Below, one piece after another: positions 13,549 to 32,783 of a DNA stretch of 64,000 nt (its first letter is position 1; every line of letters begins with the position of its first letter). The stretch comes from Macrostomum lignano (Eukaryota). The notes beneath the pieces are model-generated. The model was not told where the DNA came from, made no database searches, and worked only from the letters and a program-made list of their open reading frames with translations. The DNA lies in assembly GCA_002269645.1 (NCBI GenBank), contig NIVC01000561.1, positions 62,001 to 126,000 of the forward strand, in the 5' to 3' direction. The position numbers and the translations under genes were made by a program.

Positions 13549-15431
13549 TTAACTCTTCTGTATATTCTGGTTCCGCCGAACAACCTTTACTTCAGGATCT
13601 TTTAGCTGCTCAGGTTGCAGTGACTGCTGGAGCTGCCGCTGCTGCTGTTGTTGTTGTTGATGTTGTTGCTGCTGACTGAGCTCCTGTCTAAACTGCAGCA
13701 GGCCCACCGCCAGCTGTTGAAGTCTTCTCGCTAATTGACAATTTTTCTCGTTTAACTGAAGCTGAAAGTTCCAGAGAGTGTTGCAAAGACTGCCTATTCG
13801 TGAAACATTGATCGGTGCTTCTTGGACACATCGATTATCGCAGATACACACAGTGGACACATCGATTATCGCAGATACACACAGAGGACACATCGATTAT
13901 CGCAGATACACACAGTGGACACATCGATTATCGCAGATACACACAGTGGACACATGGATTATCGCAGATACACACAGAGGACACATCGATTATCGCAGAT
14001 ACACACAGAGGACACATGGATTATCGCAGATACACACAGTGGACACATCGATTATCGCAGATACACACAGTGGACACATGGATTATCGCAGATACACACA
14101 GTGGACACATCGATTATCGCAGATACACACAGTGGACACATCGATTATCGCAGATACACACAGTGGATACATGGATTATCGCAGATACACACAGTGGATA
14201 CATGGATTATCGCAGATACACACAGTGGACACATCGATTATCGCAGATACACACAGTGGATACATGGATTATCGCAGATACACACAGTGGACACATCGAT
14301 TATCGCTGATACACACAGTGGACACATCGATTATCGCAGATACACACAGTGGATACATGGATTATCGCAGATACACACAGTGGACACATGGATTATCGCA
14401 GATACACACAGTGGACACATCGATTATCGCAGATACACACAGTGGACACATCGATTATCGCAGATACACACAGTGGATACATGGATTATCGCAGATACAC
14501 ACAGTGGATACATGGATTATCGCAGATACACACAGTGGACACATCGATTATCGCAGATACACACAGTGGATACATGGATTATCGCAGATACACACAGTGG
14601 ACACATCGATTATCGCAGATACACACAGTGGACACATGGATTATCGCAGATACACACAGTGGACACATCGATTATCGCAGATACACACAGTGGACACATC
14701 GATTATCGCAGATACACACAGTGGACACATCGATTATCGCAGATACACACAGTGGACACATCGATGATCGCAGATAAACACAGTGGACACATGGATTATC
14801 GCAGATACACACAGTGGACACATCGATTATCGCAGATACACACAGTGGACACATCGATTATCGCAGATACACACAGTGGACACATCGATGATCGCAGATA
14901 CACACAGTGGACACATCGATTATCGCAGATACACACAGTGGACACATCGATGATCGCAGATAAACACAGTGGACACATCGATTATCGCAGATAAACACAG
15001 TGGACACATCGATTATCGCAGATACACACAGTGGACACATCGATGATCGCAGATAAACACAGTGGACACATGGATTATCGCAGATACACACAGTGGACAC
15101 ATCGATTATCGCTATCTTAGATGCACACAGAGAGGACACCCTGAAGATTAGAGTGCATTACCATGTCAGCCTGAACTTCTCCCAGCTTGTCCATCTTTCT
15201 CTCGGCTTTTGTTCCGACCTCCTGTCCAGCTGACTCGTTCGATGTCGGCGTCGGCTGCTTGCCGGGATTTTTAAGGCCTGTCTGAGCTTGTCGCTTCCGC
15301 CGCTGCTGCAGCTGCTTGTCCAGCGACACAACCAGCTGGCCCCATTCCAGCACGTCCGTTGACGAAGCCTTCTGACCTGGTGCGGAAGCCGCGTTGGGCG
15401 TCAGGCTTCGATGCAATTGAGAGGCCGACAT
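13549..15431 (-). CDS. Hypothetical two-exon coiled-coil/polyQ protein (about 160 aa)
   Basis: ATG at 15431, exon to 15162 (GTAATG donor), acceptor TTTCAG at 13762, exon 13761..13549 in phase 0 (LQLNEKNCQLARRLQQL...QQQQ). No family recognised. Confidence 0.5.
13823..15110. repeat. 31-bp minisatellite (GACACATCGATTATCGCAGATACACACAGTG)n, about 41 copies
   Basis: Direct reading. It fills the intron of the 13549..15431 model. Confidence 0.96.
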
Positions 15432-15918
15432 TTCCAACTAAACAAATTCGTTTTAAAACGCTACGAACTAGTGCTACACTTAAAAACAAGGAAAAATTAA
15501 AGATAATTTCTGCGCCTGTGCTGCCACGCTGAGGGCCTTTTTAGGTTTCTGAAGAGAGCCATAAGGGTAGAGAGTAGTATTATTACTGCACTGCAGATAT
15601 TGAAGAGGGCTATTTGGGTGACGCTTTAGCCATGGAGTACTGGAGACGCAGGCTCTGGAACGGAATGTTCATGTAAAAACAGCTTTTTTGTGATTTTCCG
15701 CTACAGCAAGATGGTCAGAGTAAAGACGACCCTACCAGATACAACTGGACCCCGTGGTCACGACTTCCACCTCCTCAGGATATCGAGATCTTATGATACG
15801 AGCGTATTAAGTATTTGAAGGAGCGTGGGCAGCCGGGCGCACCCTCCTTCGACAACATCGTCCCACAACCATCGCTGAGGCAATGCTGACCATTCCACTG
15901 ACTCCTGAGCACACTGAC

Positions 15919-16452
15919 TCCCGATCCATGAGATCCGCTCCAGATCCGATCGAGATCCGCTCCAGATCCGATCGAGATCCGCTCCAGATCCGCTCCAGAT
16001 CTGCTCTAGATCCGATCCATGAGATCCGCTCCAGATCCGCTCCAGATCCGCTCCAGATCCGATCCATGAGATCCGCTCCAGATCCGCTCCAGATCCGATC
16101 CATGAGATCCGCTCCAGATCCGATCGAGATCCGCTCCAGATCCGATCCATGAGATCCGCTCCAGATCTGCTCTAGATCCGATCCATGAGATCCGCTCCAG
16201 ATCCGCTCCAGATCCGCTCCAGATCCGCTCCAGATCCGATCCATGAGATCCGCTCCAGATCCGCTCCAGATCCGATCCATGAGATCCGCTCCAGATCCGA
16301 TCGAGATCCGCTCCAGATCCGCTCCAGATCCGCTCCAGATCTGCTCTAGATCCGATCCATGAGATCCGCTCCAGATCCGCTCCAGATCCGCTCCAGATCC
16401 ACTCCAGATCCGCTCCAGATCCGCTCCAGATCCGCTCCAGATCCGCTCCAGA
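15919..16452. repeat. Mosaic GATC-rich minisatellite of 11-bp (GATCCGCTCCA, GATCCGATCGA) and 14-bp (GATCCGATCCATGA) modules
   Basis: Direct reading. Confidence 0.92.
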
Positions 16453-16911
16453 CTTCTAGCGTGAGGCGTCCGTGCATCTGTCAGTGCAGGGTGGCGGAGG
16501 GGGGGGGGGCGGGGGGCAGATAAGGGCTTAGAGAAAGACAAACAGAGTTGCTGCTGCATTGTACAAGTGCGCACGTTGTAAATTCAACATTCCACTCTAC
16601 ACATCAGTGTTGTTGAGAGTGCGCGCTTTGTGCGTGATAGATTTACATTTATCAGGTTATGCCATCCCGCAAAATAAGCAAGTATTAAATTTCAGTTATT
16701 ACTGTGCCTTCAGCATTGTATAATTGTCGGTATTGTGCGGTACAGTGAAACAGATGACCGAACACCTGACTATATTTGGTTTGGACTGTGTCTCAGTGTT
16801 TCAATGCAATTGAACTCGTGTGAAACAGTTATAACAAATATTAATAATGAAACAATTTTTTCCAACGGGAAACTTTTATAGTCCGTAGTCCCACCAGGCA
16901 GTGAGGCGAAA

Positions 16912-19900
16912 TCAGTGCCTGTCACGGTTTCCAACGGTCATCAGCTGCAACAGTCGGGTATTAATCAGCATGGAAACCAGCGACGCTGCCGCCATCTTGC
17001 CAGCCATAGCCGCTGTGACTCGACTACCAGTGAGACAATGAAAGAAGAAAATATTGATGAAGATGGCGTGCTCAATCAGCGAGCCAGACTCCCCAACCAT
17101 GTAGGCTGAGAAGAACGGACCGGCGGCGTCTTCAAAGGTCTCTGACATGGACTCTGGCTCGTACAGGTGCCGAGCCACCAGGAGATTGGTTCGCCAGTTG
17201 TCTTGCAGCTCGGCGCCGGTCAGGTTGTTGTACACCAGCTGCACTTGGTGACTGTCCATCGCTTCGGAGAGGCGAACTCGAAAATTCTCAGTCTTGAAGG
17301 TGAGGATCTCCGCAACGAGGAGGCTGTGCCAATCCAGCGACTCCTTGGTCTCGCAGAATAGAAATAAAAATGGTTTTAGTAGAAATCCCATCGCCTGACG
17401 AATGGTGACAATGCTGTTGGTGATGCAGGACAGGTAGTGGAACAGAGCGTCTATCATCAGGCAGAGTATGATGGTGCTGAGCTTGGCAATCAGCGTCACC
17501 TTGCTGACCAGGGTCGCCAGCCTGAGGCCGTCTAAGGCGCCCGAACACACACGGTAGAATATGGAACCGGCTGCCGCCTTACCTGGAGTTGTGAGATTAG
17601 GGGAATTGTATGTTGTTTGCACGGGTCTTTGTAGGTAGCCAGGTAGGTAGATTTGTAAAGCTCGGTTATGTCTTTGTGTCCGTTTTAGTCTTTATTGAAA
17701 AACGATGCCATTAATCCAGCATTCGTGTTTTTGTACAGGCACAAGTCTTTGTGTACGTACGACACTTGTACAGCTATGGAAGTCTTTGTACAGGTAATAT
17801 GAGTCTTTTTACAGGTAGCATGAATCTTTTTACAGGTTGCATGAGTCTTTTTACAGATTGCATGAGTCTTTTTACAGATTGCATGAGTCTTTTTACAGGT
17901 TGCATGAGTCATTTTACAGGTACACTTCATCTAAACGACAATCAGACTCACCCGGCTGCTGGAACCCGGCGCAGCTGACGTACAGCTTCGTCCTGAGCGG
18001 GTACAACACCTTGCAGATTGGCACAGTGCTCAGGATGGACATCTGCCGCAGCACAACCGCTTGCAGCAGGAATTTCTCCCTATTGACACCGAAATACGCA
18101 AACCGCCTGTCAGTGGACGCTGTGGCGCTGTGCAGCATCACCGTGCAGACGAACGCAGCTTCCGACTCCGACAGTCGACGCAAATACGGAAACAGCAGCA
18201 GTATCACGCACGGCGCGGCCATGAACTCGGTGCCCAGCATCGCTAGAACTTCGACGCCTGTCAGACCGATGAAGTTGCCGCCGCACACGCTGAACAGTCG
18301 GACCAAGGAGGAGATGGCGTTGATGTCGTGCAGCACCCCGATGCACACACCGTCTAGCAGGACGGTGATGAGCAACGAGATGAAGTCCGGTCCGCAGCCC
18401 GTGTTCCCCGACTGCCAGCCGAGCCGGTCGAGATCCAGCCGCGGCACAAAGTCCAAGGCGTCGCGGAAGGCGAGCAAGCTGGGAAAAGCCTGCTCAAATC
18501 GGTGAGCGGAGTTCTGCAGCTTGTAGAATGCCAGCTGCAGCAGATAGTAGAGCAGGCAGCTCGCTCTGGGAAGATTCGAGTTTAGAAGTATCAAAATACA
18601 CAGTCAGTGGCTTACTCCGGGGGCGTTTTGACCGAGTGGTCAATGGACAGGAGGTCAATGGACAGAAGGTCAATGGACAGGTTAAAGGACAAGCGCTCAA
18701 TGGACAGATCAATGGACAGGAGGTCAATGGACAGGAGGTCAATGGACAGGAGGTCAATGGACAGGAGGTCAATGGACAGGAGGTCAATGGACAGGAGGTC
18801 AATGGACAGGAGGTCAATGGACAGGAGGTCAATGGACAGGAGCTCAATGGACAGATCAGTGGACAGGAGGTCAATGGACAGGAGGTCAATGGACAGGAGG
18901 TCAATGGACAGGAGGTCAATGGACAGGAGGTCAATGGACAGGTTAAAGGACAGGAGCTCAATGGACAGATCAATGGACAAGAGGTCAATGGACAGGAGGT
19001 CAATGGACAGGAGGTCAGTGGACAAGAGGTGAAAAGTAGAACTTCACGCGGGGCTGGCGGAGCGCAGGGCCCAGTGCCTCACATGACGCAGCCCCACTGC
19101 ACAGCCAGCAGGTCAGTTGAGAAGAGGCACAGGGACAGAAGCAGGAACGCCACGCTGAAGATGCAGTGCAGAACGTCCGGACGCATCTGCTGAGTCTCGA
19201 TGATGATTGCGCAATGGTGCGCCACGCACAGCATGGTCACCATAGCGATGACGAACTTTTTCATTCTCATAGTTGCAGTGGCCCATTTGGCTCCGATGAA
19301 GTATGACAGCTTCTTTGGGTGCAGACTCCGGCGGATGCTCGACAGCGAGTGGCCCTGTTCTAGCTGGGGAATATAAGTATGGGGATTAAATTGGGATTGC
19401 GAATCACCACACGATGTAGCAGGTGAAGATAGCTAATGTGAGGTATAAGTGGCCAATCACCAGATTTAAAGATAGATAATGCCCAGATTTAAAGATAGAT
19501 AATGACCAGATTTAAAGATAGATAATGACCAGATTTAAAGGTAGATAATGACCAGATTTAAAGGTAGATAATGACCAGATTTAAAGATAGATAATGACCA
19601 GATTTAAAGGTAGATAATGACAAGATTTAAAGGTAGATAATGCCCAGATTTAAAGATAGATAATGACCAGAATTAAAGATAGATAATGACCAGATTTAAA
19701 GGTAGATAATGACCAGATTTAAAGGTAGATAATGACCAGATTTAAAGATAGATAATGACCAGATTTAAAGATAGATAATGACTAGATTTAAAGGTAGATA
19801 ATGACCAGATTTAAAGGTAGATAATGACCAGATTTAAAGATAGATAATGACCAGATTTAAAGGTAGATAATGACAAGATTTAAAGGTAGATAATGACCAG

Positions 19901-20911
19901 ATTTAAAGATAGATAATGACCAGATTAAAAGGTAGATAATGACCAGATTTAAAGGTAGATAATGACCAGATCTAAACGTGGCTAATGACCAGATTTATAG
20001 GTAGATAATGACCAGATTTAAAGGTAGATAATGACCAGATTTAAAGGTAGATAATGACCAGATTTAAAGATAGATAATGACCAGATTTAAAGGTAGATAA
20101 TGCCCAGATTTAAAGGTAGATAAAGACCAGATTTAAAGGTAGATAATGCCCAGATTTAAAGGTAGATAAAGACCAGATCTAAACGTGGCTAATGACCAGA
20201 TTTAAAGGTAGCCAATGACCAGATCTATTGATAACCAATGATTAGATCCAAGGGTAGCTACTGACCAGATTCAAAGGACTGGTGAAAAGAGTTAACAGAG
20301 TCTGGAAAGGCGAACCCCACCTCCAGCCGCATATGCCAGACCGCCGTGTCGAAGTCTGCCTCGCTCAGGGCTCTGGCAGCGGCTGCCTGCCGAGCAAACC
20401 CAGTTGCCAGCCTGGCGAAGCAGAGCAGCAGGATGGTGGCGCACAGGCCGGCCTTGAAGCCCGTGCTGGTCAGTCCGATAACAGCTGCCCAGTGAGAGGC
20501 GATGTCGGACAGGTGAATTGCTCGGAACAGGTACAAGTGCAGCAGTCCAAGGCCCACCACGGTGCCAACTAGGGGCCAAATTCGTTGAGCTATCAGGAAC
20601 AGAAGACGGAAGAGCTCCCTGGTCAGGCTCGTGAGCTGATCGACACCCCGAATGATGCCTGTCATCTGTTTGGACTGAGCAGCCGAGGACAAGTCAGTGC
20701 CCGCAGCGATAAGCATTGAGTTGGTCACACTGCCCGTGTTATCGTACAGCACCCGGTTCAGGCCCTCCTGCTCTTCGCGATCCATCAGCTCCAAGAAGTC
20801 GTCTTCAATCAGGTCGGCCTGGTCGTGATGGTCGATGCAGTCATCGGTGTCGCTCGAGCTGCTGCTGTTGCTGAGGTCAGACTCAGAGTCCCAGTAGTGC
20901 CTGGGTCTCAT
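16912..20911 (-). CDS. Uncharacterised multi-pass membrane protein (about 720-735 aa, 4 exons)
   Basis: Exons 20911..20321 (or ..20266), 19363 (or 19359)..19083, 18565..17952 and 17582..16912 join in frame with GT-AG sites. It has many hydrophobic helices and an acidic N-terminus. Family not recognised. Confidence 0.7.
17765..17925. repeat. 21-bp minisatellite (GCATGAGTCTTTTTACAGATT)n, about 7 copies, intronic
   Basis: Direct reading. It lies in intron 17583..17951. Confidence 0.85.
18638..19030. repeat. 15-bp minisatellite (CAATGGACAGGAGGT)n, about 26 copies, intronic
   Basis: Direct reading. It lies in intron 18566..19082. Confidence 0.95.
19455..20225. repeat. 23-bp minisatellite (AATGACCAGATTTAAAGGTAGAT)n, about 33 copies, intronic
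   Basis: Direct reading. It lies in intron 1 of the membrane-protein gene. Confidence 0.95.
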
Positions 20912-21154
20912 GGTTTATTGGATATTTGCAGATTGTTGTTCTCGGGGCTGGGCTTAGGCGTAGTAGCAGATTGCTTATTATCCTGCCATGAGTGTATTCA
21001 TTTATTTTAGCACAAGCACGCCAGTGTCTATGGTTGTGATTGGAAGCTGAAATTGGTCAGTAATAACGAGTATGCATACTGTTTGGATATGTCACTGAAC
21101 TACTGCAAGCAGGTGCTAGAGGAAGGGAAACGAATGGAGAGAGGTCGTGCTAAA

Positions 21155-22075
21155 GGAGGAAGGGAGTGAAGTGAGGTGGGTGCTGGAGGAGGAAGGGAGT
21201 GGAGCGAGGTGGGTGCTGGAGGAGTAAAGAAGTGGAGTGAGGTGGGTGCTGGAGGAGGAAGGGAGTGGAGCGAGGTGGGTGCTGGAGGAGGAAGGGAGTG
21301 GAGCGAGGTGGGTGCTGGAGGAGGAAGGGAGTGGAGCGAGGTGGGTGCTGGAGAAGGAAGGGAGTGGAGTGAGGTGGGTGCTGGAGGAGGAAGGGAGTGG
21401 AGCGAGGTGGGTGCTGGAGGAGGAAGGGAGTGGAGCGAAGTGGGTGCTGGAGGAGGAAGGGAGTGGAGCGAGGTGGGTGCTGGAGGGGGAAGGGAGTGGA
21501 GTGAGGTGGGTGCTGGAGGAGGGAGTAGAGCGAGGTGGGTGCTGGAGGAGGAAGGAGTGGAGCGAGGTGGGTGCTGGAGGAGGAGGAAGGGAGTGGAGTG
21601 AGGTGGATGCTGGAGGGGGAAGGGAGTGGAGCGAGGTGGGTGCTGGAGAAGTAAAGAAGTGGAGTGAGGTGGGTGCTGGAGGGGGAAGGGAGTGGAGTGA
21701 GGTGGGTGCTGGAGGGGGAAGGGAGTGGAGCGAGGTGGGTGCTGGAGGAGTAAAGAAGTGGAGTGAGGTGGGTGCTGGAGGGGGAAGGGAGTGGAGTGAG
21801 GTGGGTGCTGGAGGGGGAAGGGAGTGGAGCGAGGTGGGTGCTGGAGGAGTAAAGAAGTGGAGTGAGGTGGGTGCTGGAGGGGGAAGGGAGTGGAGTGAGG
21901 TGGGTGCTGGAGGAGGGAGTGGAGCGAGGTGGGTGCTGGAGGAGGAAGGAGTGGAGCGAGGTGGGTGCTGGAGGAGGAGGAAGGGAGTGGAGCGAGGTGG
22001 GTGCTGGAGGAGGAAGGAGTGGAGCGAGGTGGGTGCTGGAGGAGGAGGAAGGGAGTGGATCATGAGGTGGGTGCA
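21155..22075. repeat. 33-bp purine-rich minisatellite (GGAGTGGAGCGAGGTGGGTGCTGGAGGAGGAAG)n, about 28 copies
   Basis: Direct reading. On the minus strand it is followed by a TTCCTCTAG acceptor near 21116. Confidence 0.93.
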
Positions 22076-22463
22076 GGGGGTTAGAAAATTGATTGATTGC
22101 AACATTTTAATCCAGTTTTGGTGACCAGCTCTACTGGAACAGTTGCACAGACATCCATGGAATTGGTTGAAAATAAACTGAAAAAAAATTTCGCTTTGCC
22201 TCTCTAAGCTCTGCTAATCCTTGAGAAGATTATTTAACTCAACAAATCTATTTCTTATGACTATTAGAAATAAATCGCATTTAGATGTGGGGAAACAAAC
22301 CTAAGCTTCTTTTGAGATGGATATGGATACGCCGACAATAAAAGTCACTTTTTCACACGAATTTCGCTACTATTATTTAATACGTAAATAAAGATTGAAG
22401 TCTGCACCATACTACTGATTCAGTAGAGAAAGCAGCTAATATCAATTCTCATTAGCAACATCG

Positions 22464-29795
<7,332 letters not shown>

Positions 29796-29859
29796 CTGCT
29801 GTCGAAGAGGAGGATGGGTTGGCTGGTTCGGGTGCTACATGTAGAGCGAAGGACTAAAT

Positions 29860-30105
29860 GAGCGAGGTGGTCGCCTAGATTTGGTCAGGCATTCAGAGTG
29901 CAGGGAAAGGAAAAAATCGGAGTGAGGTGGTCGCCTAGATTTGGTCAGCCAATCAAAGTGCATGGCAGGGAAGAAATCAGAGTGAGGTGGTTGCCTAGAT
30001 TAAGTCAGCCAATTAGAGTGTAGGGAAGGGAAGAAGTCGGAGTGAGGTTGCTTAGATAAGATCAGCCAACCAGAGTGCAGGGAAGGGAAGAAAGTGGAGT
30101 GGAGA
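29860..30105. repeat. Degenerate repeat of about 60 bp, 4 copies, just upstream of the amt ATG
   Basis: Recurring GAGTGAGGTGGT..CCTAGAT...TCAGCCAAT..GAGTG. Confidence 0.7.
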
Positions 30106-30694
30106 CAAATAAAATTTGATTGTCTATAAATAACTCAACTCATTAACTACGAGCATAAAATCCAAGAAGAGAGGGTTTATTGAGGTGCGTTCTGAAGGTT
30201 ATATTTCTGTTTGGGCTTTTGTCGAAAACTCGAAAGATTGGTTGCTAATTAGACAAAAGCACTGATAAACCTTTGTGAACTCACGTGTGTAACTTTTTCA
30301 AGCTGTACGTACTTTAACTGAAAATATTGTGAGCTATTGCCACTCGAGTTGATTTTTTTTAGATTTCTCAAATTTGCTTCCTATCCAATTGCTAATCAGT
30401 AAGAAGATACTTTTATAAATGTTCATATGTGAATACCTGCATGATAAACTCAGTGCTCTGGGCAATTCAAACTTAGTGCATACGGTTCGGCTCAAAGTAA
30501 TTATCAGAGACAACGAACCAGTCGCATACTCCAGTTCATCTCATTGGTTGCTTGAACTGCGTGTGCAATACGAACTGCTTTTAGCCGCCTCGGGGCTGAA
30601 CTAAACAAATTATCATCAGAGTTGCAAGCTACTTGTCGTTGTATAATATGGACATTGCAGGTCCTGCAACAATCACAGTTTGACTTTTCAGTCG

Positions 30695-30931
30695 ATGTGT
30701 CTGTCTGTCTGTCTGTCTGTCTGCTTTGGTGTTTGTTTGTCTGTCTTTCTGTCTGCCTGCCTTAGTGCTTGTTTGTCTGTCAGTCTGTCTGTTTGTCTGT
30801 CTGTCTGTCTTTCTGTCTGCCTGTCTGTCTGTCTGTCTGTCTGTCTGTCTTTCTGTCTGTCTGTCTGTCTTAGTGTCTGTCTGTCTGTCTTAGTGTCTGT
30901 CTGTCTGTCTGTTTATCTGTCTGTCTGTCTT

Positions 30932-30980
<49 letters not shown>

Positions 30981-31135
30981 TTATCTGTCTGTCTGTCTGA
31001 CTGTCTGTCTGTCTGTCTTTCTGTCTTTCTGTCTGTCTGTATGTCTGTCTTCTGTCTGTCTGTCTGTCTTAGTGTCTGTCTGTCTGTCTTAGTGTCTGTC
31101 CGTCTGTCTGTCTGTCTGCCCGTCTGTCTGTGTTT
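30695..31135. repeat. (CTGT)n microsatellite
   Basis: Direct reading. Confidence 0.95.
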
Positions 31136-31635
31136 ACAGCTTCGCATCCTCCAGATTTTGTATTCCCCAGATTATGTTCCCAGTCTTAACAAACCCTTAA
31201 CCAAAACATAATGACACTCGTCGTCACCAGGTTCCTAAAGTAACTTTATGGGGTTTGAGTGGTTATGAATCAAAGCACCAATTAAAATTGCAGAATCTAT
31301 GTACTCAGATGAATATCTATCTTTGTACAAGTGATAGCCTACTAATAAGTAGCGGAAAAGGATATTTAGCGATTTTTTAATGTCTATAAAAGGCATTAAT
31401 GTATACAAGCTAAGTCTCACAGAAATTTGAACTGAGCGCGTATTATGCATCATTATACTGTACATTGAGTACCAGCTGGAGAACCGGACGGATATGTGAA
31501 ATATCCTGTGCTCGCACTGATTCCCTAATAAATGCCAGCAAGCGGACCTACCATCAGGAACTGTTCTGGTTGGATATTCTGTGCTCAGCGTTGCCGGCTC
31601 TGCAGGAAAAGTCCTGCAGAACTCCGGCTTGTCGT

Positions 31636-32445
31636 GGACAGGGAGAGGACAGGGAGTGAAGGACAGGGAGAGAAGGACAGGGAGAGAAGGACAGGGAGAG
31701 AAGGACAGGGAGAAAAGGACAGGGAGAGAAGGACAGGGAGAGAAGGACAGGGAGAGAGGGACAGGGAGAGAAGGACAGGGAGAGAAGGACAGGGAGAGAA
31801 GGACAGGGAGAAAAGGACAGGGAGAGAAGGACAGGGAGAGAAGGACAGGGAGAGAAAGACAGGGAGAGAAGGACAGGGAGAGAAGGACAGGGAGAGAAGG
31901 ACAGGGAGAGAAGGACAGGGAGAGAAGGACAGGGAGAGAAGGACAGGGAGAGAAGGACAGGGAGAGAAGGACACAGATGGAAGGACAGGGAGAGAAGGAC
32001 AGGGAGAGAAGGACAGGGAGAGAAGGACAGGGAGAGAAGGACAGGGAGAGAAGGACAGGGAGAGAAGGACAGGGAGAGAAGGACAGGGAGAGAAGGACAG
32101 GGAGAGAAGGACAGGGAGAGAAGGACAGGGAGAAAAGGACAGGGAGAAAAGGACAGGGAGAGAAGGACAGGGAGAGAAGGACAGGGAGAGAAGGACAGGG
32201 AGAGAAGGACAGGGAGAGAAGGACAGGGAGAAAAGGACAGGGAGAGAAGGACAGGGAGAGAAGGACAGGGAGAGAAGGACAGGGAGAGAAGGACAGGGAG
32301 AGAAGGACAGGGAGAGAAGGACAGGGTGTGAAGGACAGGGAGAGAAGGACAGGGTATGAAGGACAGGGAGAGAAGGACAGGGTGTGAAGAACAAGGAGAG
32401 AAGGACAGGGAGAGAAGGACAGGGTGTGAAGAACAAGGAGAGAAA
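31636..32445. repeat. 14-bp minisatellite (GGACAGGGAGAGAA)n, about 58 copies
   Basis: Direct reading. Confidence 0.95.
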
Positions 32446-32783
32446 GACCATAGGTCTGTACAACCAGAGCTGTAGGCGATGAGAATGTAGATGTGGAGGC
32501 AAAAGAACTCAAGCGAGTCTCCAACTGTGCGGGATGGCAGGTTGCTAAATTTAGACACAATATACAATATGCCTCGTACAATAGATGGCAAGGCGGCCGT
32601 CAGCTCTCTCCTTACCTCCATCCGCTCCACAATAAATCTCGTCCCCATTCCCCTTGCCCCCAATCAGTTGTTATAGCAACCAGCCAGTACAGGTAGCTAT
32701 AGAAGCCCCAACCGCTGCAAATTGTATAAATAATTCTCAGAGGCAATAATTGCCTGTGTTTGACCCATCAGACAGAGACAGAG

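Noticed and set aside
15560-15900. Possible small plus-strand multi-exon gene (AMEYWRRRLWNGMF...)
   Set aside because: The splice sites are plausible but the introns are only about 30-35 nt, there is no clear start, and no homology is recognisable.
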